From NCBI GenBank assembly GCA_023515725.1, contig JALDTO010000215.1, positions 149,053 to 213,052 of the forward strand: a stretch of DNA of 64,000 nucleotides. The letters run 5' to 3'. Each line of letters opens with the position of its first letter. Position 1 is the first letter of the stretch. Both the position numbers and the translations under genes were made by a program. The notes below the pieces were generated by a model, which made no database searches, was not told where the DNA came from, and saw nothing but the letters and a program-made list of their open reading frames with translations. The stretch is from Amoeboaphelidium protococcarum X5. Its lineage: Eukaryota; Fungi; Aphelidiomycota. This document shows, piece after piece, positions 49,528 to 62,068 of this stretch.

Positions 49528-52500
49528 ATGGCAGGCGGCAGGAAGGGTAAGAAGAAGTAGTAGGATGATTTCGAGTATGCGGATGAGATTCTGAATGAGG
49601 AGGAAACCACTGCAGCCGCGGGTGTTGACGATAATGATGCTCCAAAGACGGCGAATGCGGATAAAGATGCCACCAATAGTAATAATAATAATAGTAACAA
49701 TGTGGATGGAGACGATATTCTAGATTCTCCTCCTGTGGTTGAGATCAAGATCAAGAGTAAGAAGGAGAAGGAGCGTGAGAGGAAAGAGAGATAAAAGTAG
49801 TAGTAAAAATTGAAGTAGTAGCAGTAGTAATAAAGTAATAAGCCCAATAATAAAGGACGCGAAGAGAGTGTTGATGACAGCAATGTTGATTAAAGTCGCC
49901 CAGAGTCTCCTGTAGTAGCATAAGCAGCTTAGAACGATCAAGATCAGGCGGCGTAATCTTCAAAATCTGGTGGCAAAAAGAAGAAGGGTGGACCATCTGT
50001 GGCTGCATTAAAAGAACTGCTCGCGGCCAAGAAGGCTGAAGAGGAACGTCTTCGTCTGGAGTAGGAACGTGAAGAGTAGCTTTAACGCGAAAAACTCGCC
50101 GAGCTGGAGCGTCTAGAGCGTGAGTAAGAGGAGAAGGCTCGTCTGCGTAAAGAGAAGAAGAAAGAGAAGGAGCGATTGAAGAAGGAGCAGCTGCGTAAAG
50201 AAGGTAAACTTTTGAGTGATGCAGCATTGAAGAAGTAGAAGAGAGATCAAGAGAAGTTGGGCTAGATGTTGGAAGCTGGCTAGATTGTAGTCGCCGCCAT
50301 CAAGTAGGATGGTGATGATGCTGCCGATGAAGATGGCGACGGCGCGTCTACTCAGCAGTAAAAGAAGAAGGTGGTATATGATAACAAGAAGAAAGGCAAG
50401 TAAAATAAGAATGCGTAATAGGAAGATTAGTTGAAGGCGAACGTTGACAATTTGGAAGTACAAGAAGATTAAGTGGATGCAGGTGAAGGTAAAGAGTAGG
50501 AATCCCCAGAAGTTGCCGAGGATTGGGAAGAGATTGCCGATAGTTGGGAGGAATTGGATGAAGAGGAAGATAAAGATGATTAGGCTGAAAATGGTGATAA
50601 ATGGGATGAAGAAGATGGTGAATCTAGTGGCGATGAAGTAGAATAGGTCAAGAGTCCAGTTGAAGCCATCAGTTAGAAAATGAAAAACTTGGACACTTAA
50701 GCCAAGAGTGGATAAGCTTCAGTAAATGGATCATAACTCTCATCTCCAGTGACTGATGCTGATTCAGATTCTAAAAAGTCAAAGAAACCTGCTTAGTAAG
50801 GAGATTTAAGAAGTCCCATCTGTGTTATCCTTGGCCATGTGGACACTGGTAAGACCAAGTTGTTGGATAAGATTCGTTAGACTAACGTTCAAGAAGGCGA
50901 AGCTGGTGGTATCACTCAGCAGATTGGAGCTACGTACTTTCCCGCTGATGCTCTGGCTGACAAGACTAAAGTTGTCAGAGAATCAAAGATTTATGGTGAC
51001 ATTAATCCAAAGTCTGGATTCAGTCAGAATTTTGAGTTTAAGATTCCAGCTCTGTTACTCATAGATACTCCTGGTCACGAATCTTTTACTAATTTGAGAA
51101 GTAGAGGTTCTAGCTTATGTAATATTGCAATTCTGGTTGTGGATATTATGCACGGATTAGAGCCGCAGACTATCGAGTCTATCAACTTGCTGAAGTAGCG
51201 AAAGACCCCCTTCATTGTGGCATTGAACAAAATTGATAGAATATATGGTTGGAAGGAGGTGGCTAATAATTCCTTTTTGGACTCATTCCAGGCTCAGTCC
51301 AAGAGTGTCAAGAAGGAGTTCGATGACCGATTGCAGTAGACCAAGGTTGCTTTTGCAGAGCAGGGATTGAATGCCGAGGTCTTTTACAAGAATCCGGACG
51401 TGCGCAAGTTTGTATCTCTGGTACCTACATCTGCAATCACGGGAGAAGGTATTCCTGATTTGATATCTTTGCTGGTGCAGTTGACTTAGAATAGATTGAC
51501 AGAGAGGCTGATGTACTTGAGTAGTCTTGAAGCGACCGTGTTGGAAGTCAAGGTTATTGAAGGATTGGGTACTACGATCGACGTGATTCTATCGAATGGT
51601 ATAATTAGAGAGGGTGATCGTATTGTAATTTGCGGTCTGAATGGTGCAATTGCAACGAACATCAGAGCTCTACTCACTCCCCAGCCAATGAGAGAGTTGA
51701 GAGTGAAGTCTGCATACGTTCACCACAAGGAGATCAAGGCAGCGATGGGAGTCAAGATCTCCGCACCGGATTTGGACAAGGCCATCGCTGGTAGTCGATT
51801 GTTGGTTGTGCGTGATGGAGATGATGAGGAGCAGATGAAGCTGGACGTCATGTCTGATCTGACTAATCTCTTTGAATCCGTGGACAAGAGTGGTCGAGGT
51901 GTGTGCGTACAGGCTTCCACGCTTGGTTCTCTCGAAGCGTTGCTCTCCTTTCTCAAAGATAGCAAGATTCCAGTGTCCATTATCAACATTGGCCCTATCC
52001 ATAAAAAGGATGTGATGAAATGTTCAGTGATGTTGGAACATGCGAAAGAGTACGCCGTCATTCTGGCATTCGACGTAAAGATTGATAGAGACGCGTAAGA
52101 GCTAGCTGAAGAGATGGGCATCAAAGTGTTCAAGGCTGATATTATTTATCATTTATTTGATCAATTCACTGCATACAATAAAAAGCTGATCGAAGACCGA
52201 AAGAAGGAGATGGCTGCGGAGGCTATCTGGCCTTGTCATTTAAAAATTGTGCCTGGATGCGTATTCAATAAGAGGGATCCAATCATTCTGGGTGTGGACA
52301 TTGTGGAAGGATAGCTGCGATTAGGCACTCCTATATGTGTTCCCTCGAAAGAGTGTGTAGTCCTCGGCAAGGTGGCCGGTATTGAGAAGGAGCACAAGGC
52401 TGTTGAGTAGGCTTCTAAAGGAAGTCAGGTGGCTGTCAGGATAGAAACTGATCAAGTGAGGATATTTGGCAGACACTTTGAAGAAAACGACGAACTCGTC

Positions 52501-52614
52501 AGTCGTATTACTAGAAAGTCTATTGATATCTTGAAAGAGGCATTCAGAAGTGAAGTCAGTAAAGATGAGTGGCTCTTGATTAAGAAATTGAAGCCAATCC
52601 TCAAGATTGATTGA
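49528..52614 (+). CDS. FUN12: Translation initiation factor eIF5B
   Basis: Charged N-terminus; [17 protein letters not shown]; [14 protein letters not shown]; IDTPGHESF; VALNKID; [13 protein letters not shown]. One frame to TGA. Confidence 0.96.
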
Positions 52615-52630
52615 TTGATTGATTGATTGA
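52607..52630 (+). repeat. (TTGA)n microsatellite overlapping the eIF5B stop codon
   Basis: TTGA repeated six times, placing TGA in all three frames. Confidence 0.8.
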
Positions 52631-52758
52631 ATAGTTGGTCTTTGAGTCGCCATCGTATAAGTAGCATATAGTGACTCGATAATATTTTGAAATAGATTAC
52701 AGTTACAACTTTTAAATGAAGAAGCTTTCTATTCATTATTAAAATAGCATGTAAAATC

Positions 52759-53922
52759 TCAGTTCAATTTACCAATTTCATTCTTCTTCTACAGTGCCTT
52801 CTCAGCTCTGAACAGGAAGGCATCAATGAACTGTGCAATGGTGAATATACCACCCAATATGGCACAAACCTCAGTAAGGAAGGCAGAGAATTACTTCTTA
52901 TTCTACGAGTACACCACAAGCATCGGAGATATGTCATACTAAAAGAATAGGCCAGGCATGAATCTAAGCTGTCCATTCTGCATTGCTCTCTCATGTTGAG
53001 TCACAGAATACTGATTAGTTGTAATTACACTACCATTCAGATACTTGACCTATGTAGGAACAACTTTGATAAAATACTAAAAGAATATCGAGCCTTACAA
53101 GTCTGACAACCGCTAATAATTGTCCAAAGGCTAAACGACACCATCCACCTAATCACCGAATCGAAGATTATTGATCTAATGCTCAAAGCGCATCTTATCC
53201 AAATGTTAAATGACAGACTGGAGATCATGTACGTGCTGCCCACCCTGTGGATGTTCAAATGAATTTCCCGGTGCAATATGAAAGTTTCCACTCACCTTCT
53301 ACACCATAAGATTGCCATGAATTCGACAACCTTCACCAGAGTTGAAATCTATTGGTTCTGCGCGCTTCTCCCTCACACACTGTACAAAGTCAGCCAACTT
53401 CTCTGTAGACCATCCAGATAATAAATAAGACTAAATGACATCGTCACATGTATTACAACATCCATTTTCATTAACTTTGCGCGGTGCTCCATAACAATCG
53501 CCACAATAATTGGGATCCAGCACTTCCATCGATGCAGACTCCGCCTTGAGTGTCTCTTTTAGACTGTACAAATCTTTACCATTCCTGTCCAGTCGCGTCT
53601 TCATTAAAGTATGATGAACATTATTCTACTACTCTCCAGAAGCATCCATGACATCCACATTCAGGAGATTACATGCCATATACGGGAATGTGATGTCTAA
53701 ATAGATGGGTAATCGCTCCCTCCGGCTGTGATCAACAGTCAGTTCTGATTCAGTGTTCACCTGAAGATAATCTATAAAGCTAAATATAACCAGCAATGTA
53801 GACAAAACGATAGCTGATATAGATATGATGGCTCCACTTGAAGTCTTGATCTTAAAGTCATCCTTGGTCTTTGCATAAGCATCAAATGTTTTCAACTTGG
53901 ACGTCCACTCTGTGCCCTCCAT
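52759..53922 (-). CDS. ERV46: ER-Golgi intermediate compartment protein Erv46/ERGIC3
   Basis: LKTFDAYAKT; YCGDCYGA..CCNTCDDV; EGCRIHG..GNFHIAPG; YFIKVVPT; FLTEVCAILGG. C-terminal IGKLN then TGA. Confidence 0.92.
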
Positions 53923-54321
53923 CGTTTATAATTAGTTGATCAACTTGTCGGATATATAAGCCAAATTAAAGTTCAACTAGATTCAATAAGAATTATAATC
54001 TCAGCGTCCTAATATACAATAACGCTCTACAATTAAATCCGCAAATTGCACTCTAAAATGCTCTATCATACACGGCGGAAAAGAATAAGAATGCATGAAT
54101 TCAAAAACGATAAAAGAAAAATAAGAGAGCGAGATGGATGGATGGATGGGGAAAGAACGACATACAAAGAGAGAGTGTGAGAGTGAGAGAGAGACAAGGA
54201 TAGACAGACACGCGCTGAACATGCCAATGAACGCAGAGCTTCCGAATGGTCAATTGCCAAAGATTAATTGTTTCAAAGTCAAAGAACAATCGGTGTGGAT
54301 AGAATGTAACATGATGTGTAT

Positions 54322-55812
54322 TCATAGACTAAACATCCTCACAAGAGAATATGAGCAGGCAAATGCAGCTACCAGAAGCACAGAGGACGTGACAAGGATA
54401 AAGTCCGTTGATAGGGACACGTTAATCAGAAACAGAACAACGATAATATTCACAATTGTTCGAACTATAACCATCAGAGTTGTACGAATATCCTGATTAA
54501 AGTACTTGGTTCTTAGTAATGCCAGAGCCGGATAGCAGGCACCAAATGCAACGTTCAACACAGCAAACGACAGAAACACACTCCATGTTCTATTAAACAA
54601 GACGGGAATAGCCAGAGCTGAACAACCAACTAGGGAACAAACTAGCAATATTTGTGAATATTACAGTTAATCATATTGTTATGCAACTCCAGCAGCGGTT
54701 GTAGCAATCTAGCGTCGAATCAGAAGAGAGAACATGGCATTCCCACACATGCGCGACACCATCATACACGCGTAGACAAGAGTGAATGGAATACTGCTCT
54801 CATCTTTACTCAGAACAGGGCCGAAAAGGAAAGCCCACACGATCTGTACAGATTCAAACAGAACCATAATTAAACCAATACAGAGAATACGCTTGTCAAG
54901 TCTAAACAGATTGAGCGACTTGATACAAGCAGTAAGTATAGATGATACACGGCGTCTGTTGTTCGTACTCCCACTTTCGCTCAACCCACGAAGAGTCAAA
55001 AGGGCAAATACAATCCATAAAAGACTGAACAAGTACGGGATCTAATACCACTTGGTAGAATCAACCAATTGATGAGAGATTACGCCAGCGAGAATTCCCA
55101 GTAAAGGTGTGTAGAATCCCATACTTATAAAAGTATCCGCCAATTGATAGAACGGTGATTTAGAATTCTAATACTCGGAAACCATCCATACCTCGTACAC
55201 TGCTATAAAGAGGCTCATTGAGATTCCATCAAATATTCTACCAATAACCAGGAGAGGAAACAGTGCAGATAGTTTTAAAAGCGTACCTGCACAAAACAAA
55301 ATCACCTATAAATATGCCAACTGTTTGCGATTGTATATATCTGCAATAATAGTCGCCAAACCACCAATGGATGCGCTACTTGCGTACACAATAATGAAAA
55401 GAAGACTAATTTACTTGATAGACAGACCATACGATCTATATAACGTATACAAGTATGGTTCCTGCAATAGAATGGCAAACTGCATAGACAGATAGATCCA
55501 TAACAGAGACAACCTCCACCTCTAAAACAACGCGTTTCCATTCTGTTGTACTTGCTGACTAGCTCTCCGTCTCAAAGAGGAAGTCTCATCAGTCTAACTA
55601 CTCAAGTCATGCATAATGATATCGCCGTCTCCAAAAATCTCCAACTCATTCTTATCATCAGCGGTATTGGAACTCTCTCGCTCTTGCTATTAAGGATCAG
55701 ATTATTAATTCTACTACTACTACTCCTGTAGCAGAATCTTTTACCATTTCCGCGCATAATAAGACAGATAGAAGCATACTAAGCACAACACTGCAAAAGA
55801 TTCCCAAAACAT
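54322..55812 (-). CDS. MFS transporter, MFSD5 / molybdate-anion transporter-like
   Basis: LQEPYLYTLYRSYG; GRIFDGISMSLFIAVYEVWMVSEY; multiple TM helices. One frame from ATG 55812 to TGA. Confidence 0.8.
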
Positions 55813-56924
55813 ATTCTAATATTGTTAAATTAAATTGCTGTTGAATAATGATTAGCTTAACAAAAAGCCCAGTAATCAACTAATTTAACGCTGTACTCTC
55901 AATTTGGATTAGGCTCACAGCTTCACAGCTTGAAGTTACGAGAAAATAAAGCGCTCACCAAACGCGAGAGAAACTTGAATTTAAACAAAGGCATCTTTGG
56001 CGTATATTAACATTTATATGGGATCATTGGACACTGTTAGAGCTTCTTCAATAGATGATGCACTCTCACTAATTTCGTCACAATTTGGTATTGCACTATT
56101 TGTGTGTTAGCCGTACGCGAAAGTGTCTAGAATCAAGTAAAAAAACTCCTTGTCAGTTACACATAACTCTGTATGAATTGATTATCGTGAATTGTGACTG
56201 ACAAGGTAATAAAATAGTTATACAATCCCTTAATCAGATTACGTCAGTGTTAGGTAGTGGGTCACTACTCTACAGAGAAGTGAGGACACTTTAGGAACGA
56301 CTGTTCCAATAGACTGACTAGTCTAGATAAGGAAAACGACTGTTTCCATTACTATTTTTATTACTCATAATATTCATATTTCATACAGGTGATGGATAAT
56401 CAACAGAAGAGAAGAGCGATAGACGATCATTCTTGACAGCAGTGAAACGCGTCTATCTTGATAACCTTGGCAACAGTCAGCTCATCTAACAGTCAGCACG
56501 TTGCCATAGGAATTCCGAAACTCGCGCTTTCTTTTTCTGAAACGGTTTGAGAACATTTTAGAAATCATGTGGGTTAAGCGATCACTCGTACACTTTAAAA
56601 AAGCTCCGGCGATCTTTTCATCGGGGTACCCACATATCCCCGTATTAGCAACTACAATCTTCGAACTGTCTCAACGACGTAATAAAGCCCATAACTCAAC
56701 CTGATATTACAACTGGACACCATCACCTTAGCCTTGATCAATTTAGCCTGACACCATGCTTAAACTCATTGCACAAGCCTTTCAACATCTGCAGTACCAA
56801 TGAGCGCCTCCATAGCAGTACTAAGCACGGCAGCCATCTCCCATTTACCCAATAAAACGCAAAGACAATCACAGAGTAATGCAACAATAATGACTAGCAA
56901 ACGGAAAACTTCTTGATATAGCGA

Positions 56925-58907
56925 TAGGCTGGGTGGCGCGGGCGAGAATGGCGCGCCGAGAGGCATTGCGGCGCGCGGCGCGCCAGCCTCGCCAGAAAGG
57001 GTCTGTTTTTCACTTGGCGAGCTCGGCGCACAATATTAGTCATTAGAATGACCATTGACAAAGCAGAATGCAGCTTAAGTGGTTACTAAGTGTTCCAGAC
57101 TATAGTATTGAGCAGCTCAGTACAAACTATCGTTTAGAATTGCTGGATGGCTTTAAAATTGTCCCAAGTAGTAAGGAAATTACCCAGCTTGTCTGGTTTT
57201 ATCGCGACAGAATAAATTTTTGGTTTTAATAAGTAAACGGGGACTGGTTGCCAACACGGTCAACTATTTTCAATATGAGACGATTTCTTTATTCCACCAT
57301 CCACACAACTGTAACGCTTAGTCCGATCGACCGAGTCCTCGTCTTTACCAGATTTTACCCTCTTTAAGCGACATTGGTAGTGAAACTCAAAGAAAATGCT
57401 TCAATAAAGCAATACCTCACTATAAATAACAATTACTTCAATCTCGAGTTAGTTTCACACCCCAAAAGATAGGATGGGTGGTGATCATAATGCACAAGAT
57501 AATGATTATAGTATTACCGACTTTGTGATATGGTCCTTTACTGAATAATGGTGTAATAAGTTTAACATTTGCATTTTGAACATGTCAATGGCGCGCCTGG
57601 CGCGCCAGTACCATTATATGCGCCGAGAAATTTAGTGAATAATTGCATTCTCGCGTGTAAAATGCACGAGAATTTTTCGTGAATTCTACTCTTTTCTGAA
57701 ACGAATTCTCTAATCTGAAACGAACTTGATGTTGAAAATTCTCTTTAACTCATTCTTTCTTCATGAAGCATTGTATAACACTATAAACATAATTAAGAGC
57801 TAGTTTAAAGACATTTATAAACTAGATATTTAAGATTTACAGACCAGGATTAATCCAAGGATTTAGTTATTCATTCCTCTTTGAAATGTACCGCCTTGTT
57901 TCATGATGTTATTCATCCCCTTGATATAAAATTGCTGTATAAAGTATAATGTGACGTGAACTGTGCTGGTATTGTTAGCAGAAGTTCCATACACATGCTA
58001 GGACACAACATACTGTATTACTGACTTCTATTACGTCCCTCTAGCAGCAGGATTTTAGAAAATCGCTGTCTAACGATGAAGTAAAAATACGGTACATATA
58101 ATGCTTTGGACATCGCAAACGCGTCTTCAATTGGCATTCACACTTAATTGTCTCAGGCTTACAGATTTAGCTACAGTATCGACGTTATAAATATCATGTT
58201 TATAGAGACTTTCACAAGTTCAAATATGGGTGCAGTAATTCATTATAAACGTCTTATAACTTGCCAAAAGCTACCGACACGTATAGCGATAAGTAGGCCG
58301 TTACCTTATTGAGATACTTCGATACGTTGTGACTTTGTGTTCTTAGTTCTACTAAGCACATTATTATAGAACTTTCTAATATTGCATATTGCATTGATGT
58401 GATTAGTAAAGGAAATGGATAGAAGGGGATGAACAATGTGGAGACAAGTGGCATTACTCAAATTTCAGAGCAACGAATAACTTCATCCTTTACAGGTCAA
58501 CATGATTTAATTCAAACAAATGTTTCCATTCCCTTCAAAATTCCGTGTGCATTTTACACGCCATTGAGTCTGCAATTAACTCGTAATTGCACTGTCAGAA
58601 GATGTGCGATAGCGGAAAATCAAAAGCATTGTTGCACATTAAGTTCAATTAATACTCATACATTCGTATTAATTTGCTGAATGTAATATCCCTCACAAGC
58701 TCGTGAAATTACATTGTTCTAATTACCCTCACTTCGTTCGTGCAATATATTTGACAACAACAACACTCACTTCGTTCGTGTCATTGTTGTTTCAGAAAAA
58801 GGTGGCGCAACAATGGAATTTTCCGGCAATCGCACTCTGACGAGTGCAATTACCTATACATATCTCATCCGGCGCGCCACTGGCGCGCCAGTGCGCCACC
58901 CACCCTA
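56925..58907. mobile_element. Non-autonomous hAT-like DNA transposon (~1.98 kb) with probable nested insertion
   Basis: TIRs TAGGCTGGGTGGCGC / GCGCCACCCACCCTA (14/15 match). Exact 8-bp TSD TATAGCGA at 56917-56924 and 58908-58915. Clustered subterminal GGCGCGCC motifs. No intact transposase recognised. Confidence 0.85.
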
Positions 58908-59941
58908 TATAGCGACCAAACATTGCAATTAGCGCGATATTATTTCAGCAAGATATGCACCCAGACATCACACATTGCAAGCAAATAATCTACTCCGCCA
59001 AGTCAACTGCAACCAATGTTACTTCCCCCTTGATAAACTCTGTGACATTACAATGCAAGCTCAGACATTAACGCGATACTCTGTGAAATGGCCAGCGCTA
59101 AGACTGAGACAGTTTCAATAGGGACGCACGCACCCAAAGATATAAATGCAACTTTCTATTATTCAACAATATCACAATTTCTGCAATTTCTTATCAAGAA
59201 GAGAAGTAAGGCGTCAACTTGCATCATTTTAACAGGAATGATTCAATCACTAACACCATCGTATCAGACCACGTCACGATGCGTCATTGATATCCGAGTC
59301 TCTGATTTACTCTGAACACACGGATAGCAATCGGAAGTATCGTCTAGTCTAGAATCTTCACTTAGCAGGAACGGGACAGCTCACGTTCTTTGACTTGCAT
59401 ACATAATCAGTCAAATAATGGTACAGATGTAGAATCAGAGCAATCAATGCCAGTGACATTATAGTGACGCGACAAGTCATTTATTAGAGCGATTGCAACG
59501 TTGATATTCAGCAGCATAAAAATCAATCAAGGTGGGCTATTCGTTAAGGAAAAGAAATGGGCTCACAGAGAATGTTTTCGATTTAAGATTAGTTTAAAAG
59601 GAACCATATGTTGAGCTGAAACCGTATTGACGCGTTTTAGTCACTCACTCGCTCTCATTATTACACGTGATTAGAAACAACTGTAAATATACTTGTAATA
59701 TCTCATATTTTACTTCACTCTCTTATATTCACTTTAATACCGTACCTATATACTGTAACGCTACATATCATATCAAAAAACTTGTGAAACAAGCCGCCCA
59801 TCATTTAGTGAACGAAGACAAAATTTTCAAAAAAACTTTCAAGTGCACGAACAAGAGATCGACCCTCTCTTCTTTCCGCTTTCGGCTTAGTTGCTTGACC
59901 CATAATACTTAAAGTACTATACAGAAGAACTAGTTGTCTGA

Positions 59942-61821
59942 ATGATTGTGGAGCATATTACTGCAACCTCGTAAACTTCTCGATTTGCAGAGACAGATTA
60001 TGGTATTGATTTGAAGGGCGTCCAGATTGCTGTGGGTGAGAGAATTTTGCTGCAGGATGCTCACCTCCAATTGAATGCTGGCGTTCATTACGGTCTACTT
60101 GGACGTAATGGAGTTGGTAAATCGATATTGTTAAAGTGCCTGGCTTCTGGTATTCTATTGAGTCCTAATGTTCGTGATTAGATGCGCATCATGATGATTA
60201 GTTAGACTTTAGATTCTGACGATAACGATGAGGTAGTTAATTAGTAAGATTCTAATAGCATCACCGTTCAGGAAGAGATGTTGAAAACTCCATTCGGCTG
60301 GGACTGGTCGGTGGATGAGAAGACGCGGTGGGAGCATTTGGCAGAACTGCGATCTCGTGCCAGAGGTAAGGAGGCGAGATAGATGGCTGAGAAGTTGGGT
60401 AAGATGGCTCTGGATAACAGCAAGATTGAACCGGAATTTTAACTGCTTGACGATTTAGACCAGGTTGATCCGGCCAAGGTTAAGGAAGTGGCCAAGTCTC
60501 TGAAGATTACTGATGAAATGATGGAACGTCCGCTTAGCTCTTTATCAGGTGGTTGGAAGATGCGAGTGCAGCTGGCTAAAGCGATCCTGTATCAGCCGGA
60601 TGTGCTCCTTCTGGATGAACCAACTAATCATCTTGATATTGCCGGTATAATTTGGTTATAGAAAGCTATCAATAGCAAGTTGGCAGATATCACAATCCTC
60701 ATGGTTAGTCATAATAGATCTTTCTTGAATGCGGTTGCGCAGAGAATTGTTGTATTCAAGAATAAGTAACTGGAATATTACAAAGGGAATTATGATTAGT
60801 ACATTGAAACTATTACTGATAAGGAGCTGTATGCAGAGCGATTGTAAGATCAGCTTGATCGTAAGAGAGCTGCTATGGAAAGCAGTATAAAGAAGAATGC
60901 CAGTGACGCAAAGAAGAGAGGAGATGACAAGAAAATGAAATAGGTCGCGTCGAGGAAGATTAAATTGGAGGAGAGAACTGGTGTATTGAGGAATGAGAAA
61001 GGTCATAGGTTTAAATTGAATCGAGATAGAGTCGGTTATTTTGATCAAAAGCTGGGGAGGTTGAGCACGAGCAGGATGAGCTCTCTCAGAGTAAACTAAA
61101 GTTCTCCATACCCACTCCTATTCTACCTAGATTTAATGGCCCATTGCTTGTGGTTGAAGACGTTGGATTTGAACGTAAGGATAAGACCGGAAATCTATTG
61201 TTTAAGTTGGAGAGTATCACGTTCAATGTGGAAGCTGGATAGTGCGTTGCTATTTGTGGTGCGAATGGTCAAGGTAAATCTACTCTATTAAATCTTATTG
61301 CCAGTCAGTGGCATCCTAGCCGCGGAAGTATCAATGTGAGGAGTAATAAAGTTGGATACTTTAAGTAAGATTACGTGAAGGAGTTAGGCAAAGAGACGGA
61401 TAATGCGGTGACTCGATTGTCTAAATAGTATCCAGAGATTAGCCAAGTTTAATTACGGAATCATCTAGGCTCTTTTGGTCTTGGCGCAAATGCTTTAGCT
61501 GTGGATGTACCAATAGGCAAACTTTCAGGAGGACAAAGAGTGGTGTATGCTTTTGCTGAACTGACTCTGTCAAGTCCATCACTCCTCCTGCTTGATGAGC
61601 CAAACAGTCATCTTGATCTGGATGCTCTCGAAGCATTGTCTGAAAGTTTACAGAAATTTGAGGGTGGCATAGTTATCGTATCTCATGATGTATCCTTCAT
61701 CCAGGAAGTGTCCACCCAGATCTTCTGGTTGTCTGAAGGCAAATTGGTGTAGATTGAAGGTGAAGAAATTGAAAAGTATGCCTCCGGATTAAAAGGCAAA
61801 AAGGGTAAGACTAAAAAGTGA
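59942..61821 (+). CDS. ABCF-family ATPase (two NBDs, no TM domain) interrupted by an apparent 1-nt frameshift near 61045
   Basis: NBD1 ([27 protein letters not shown]) lies in the frame of 59942. NBD2 ([28 protein letters not shown]) lies in the -1 frame and ends at TGA 61819-61821. Confidence 0.85.
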
Positions 61822-62068
61822 CATCCTTAACGCATTGCTATCAAGGCAGTTTACGCATGGTCAATAAATCGCTCACATATACTTTAGGTCCTTTATTAGC
61901 ACGGCGTGTTAACACTAGTGTTTTTAGGGAGTGATCACGCATTATCGTAATGTCTATTGTTGTCACTTCAATCTGGAATGTGTGATATTTAAACATTTAA
62001 AGGATACTATACTCAATAAATTTATTAGTTCTTGTCAATAAACACATTTCTGGTTGTCATCTCGATAG

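Noticed and set aside
54001-54325. Several small overlapping ORFs between ERV46 and the MFS gene
   Set aside because: Produced by GA/GGAT microsatellite-rich promoter or UTR sequence.
58728-58780. Short repeats with spacers as a possible CRISPR-like array
   Set aside because: Only two 15-bp copies, eukaryotic context, inside a transposon, no cas genes.
56766-59000. A gene disrupted by the hAT insertion
   Set aside because: Removing the element gives only a ~70-aa minus-strand frame with no recognisable features.
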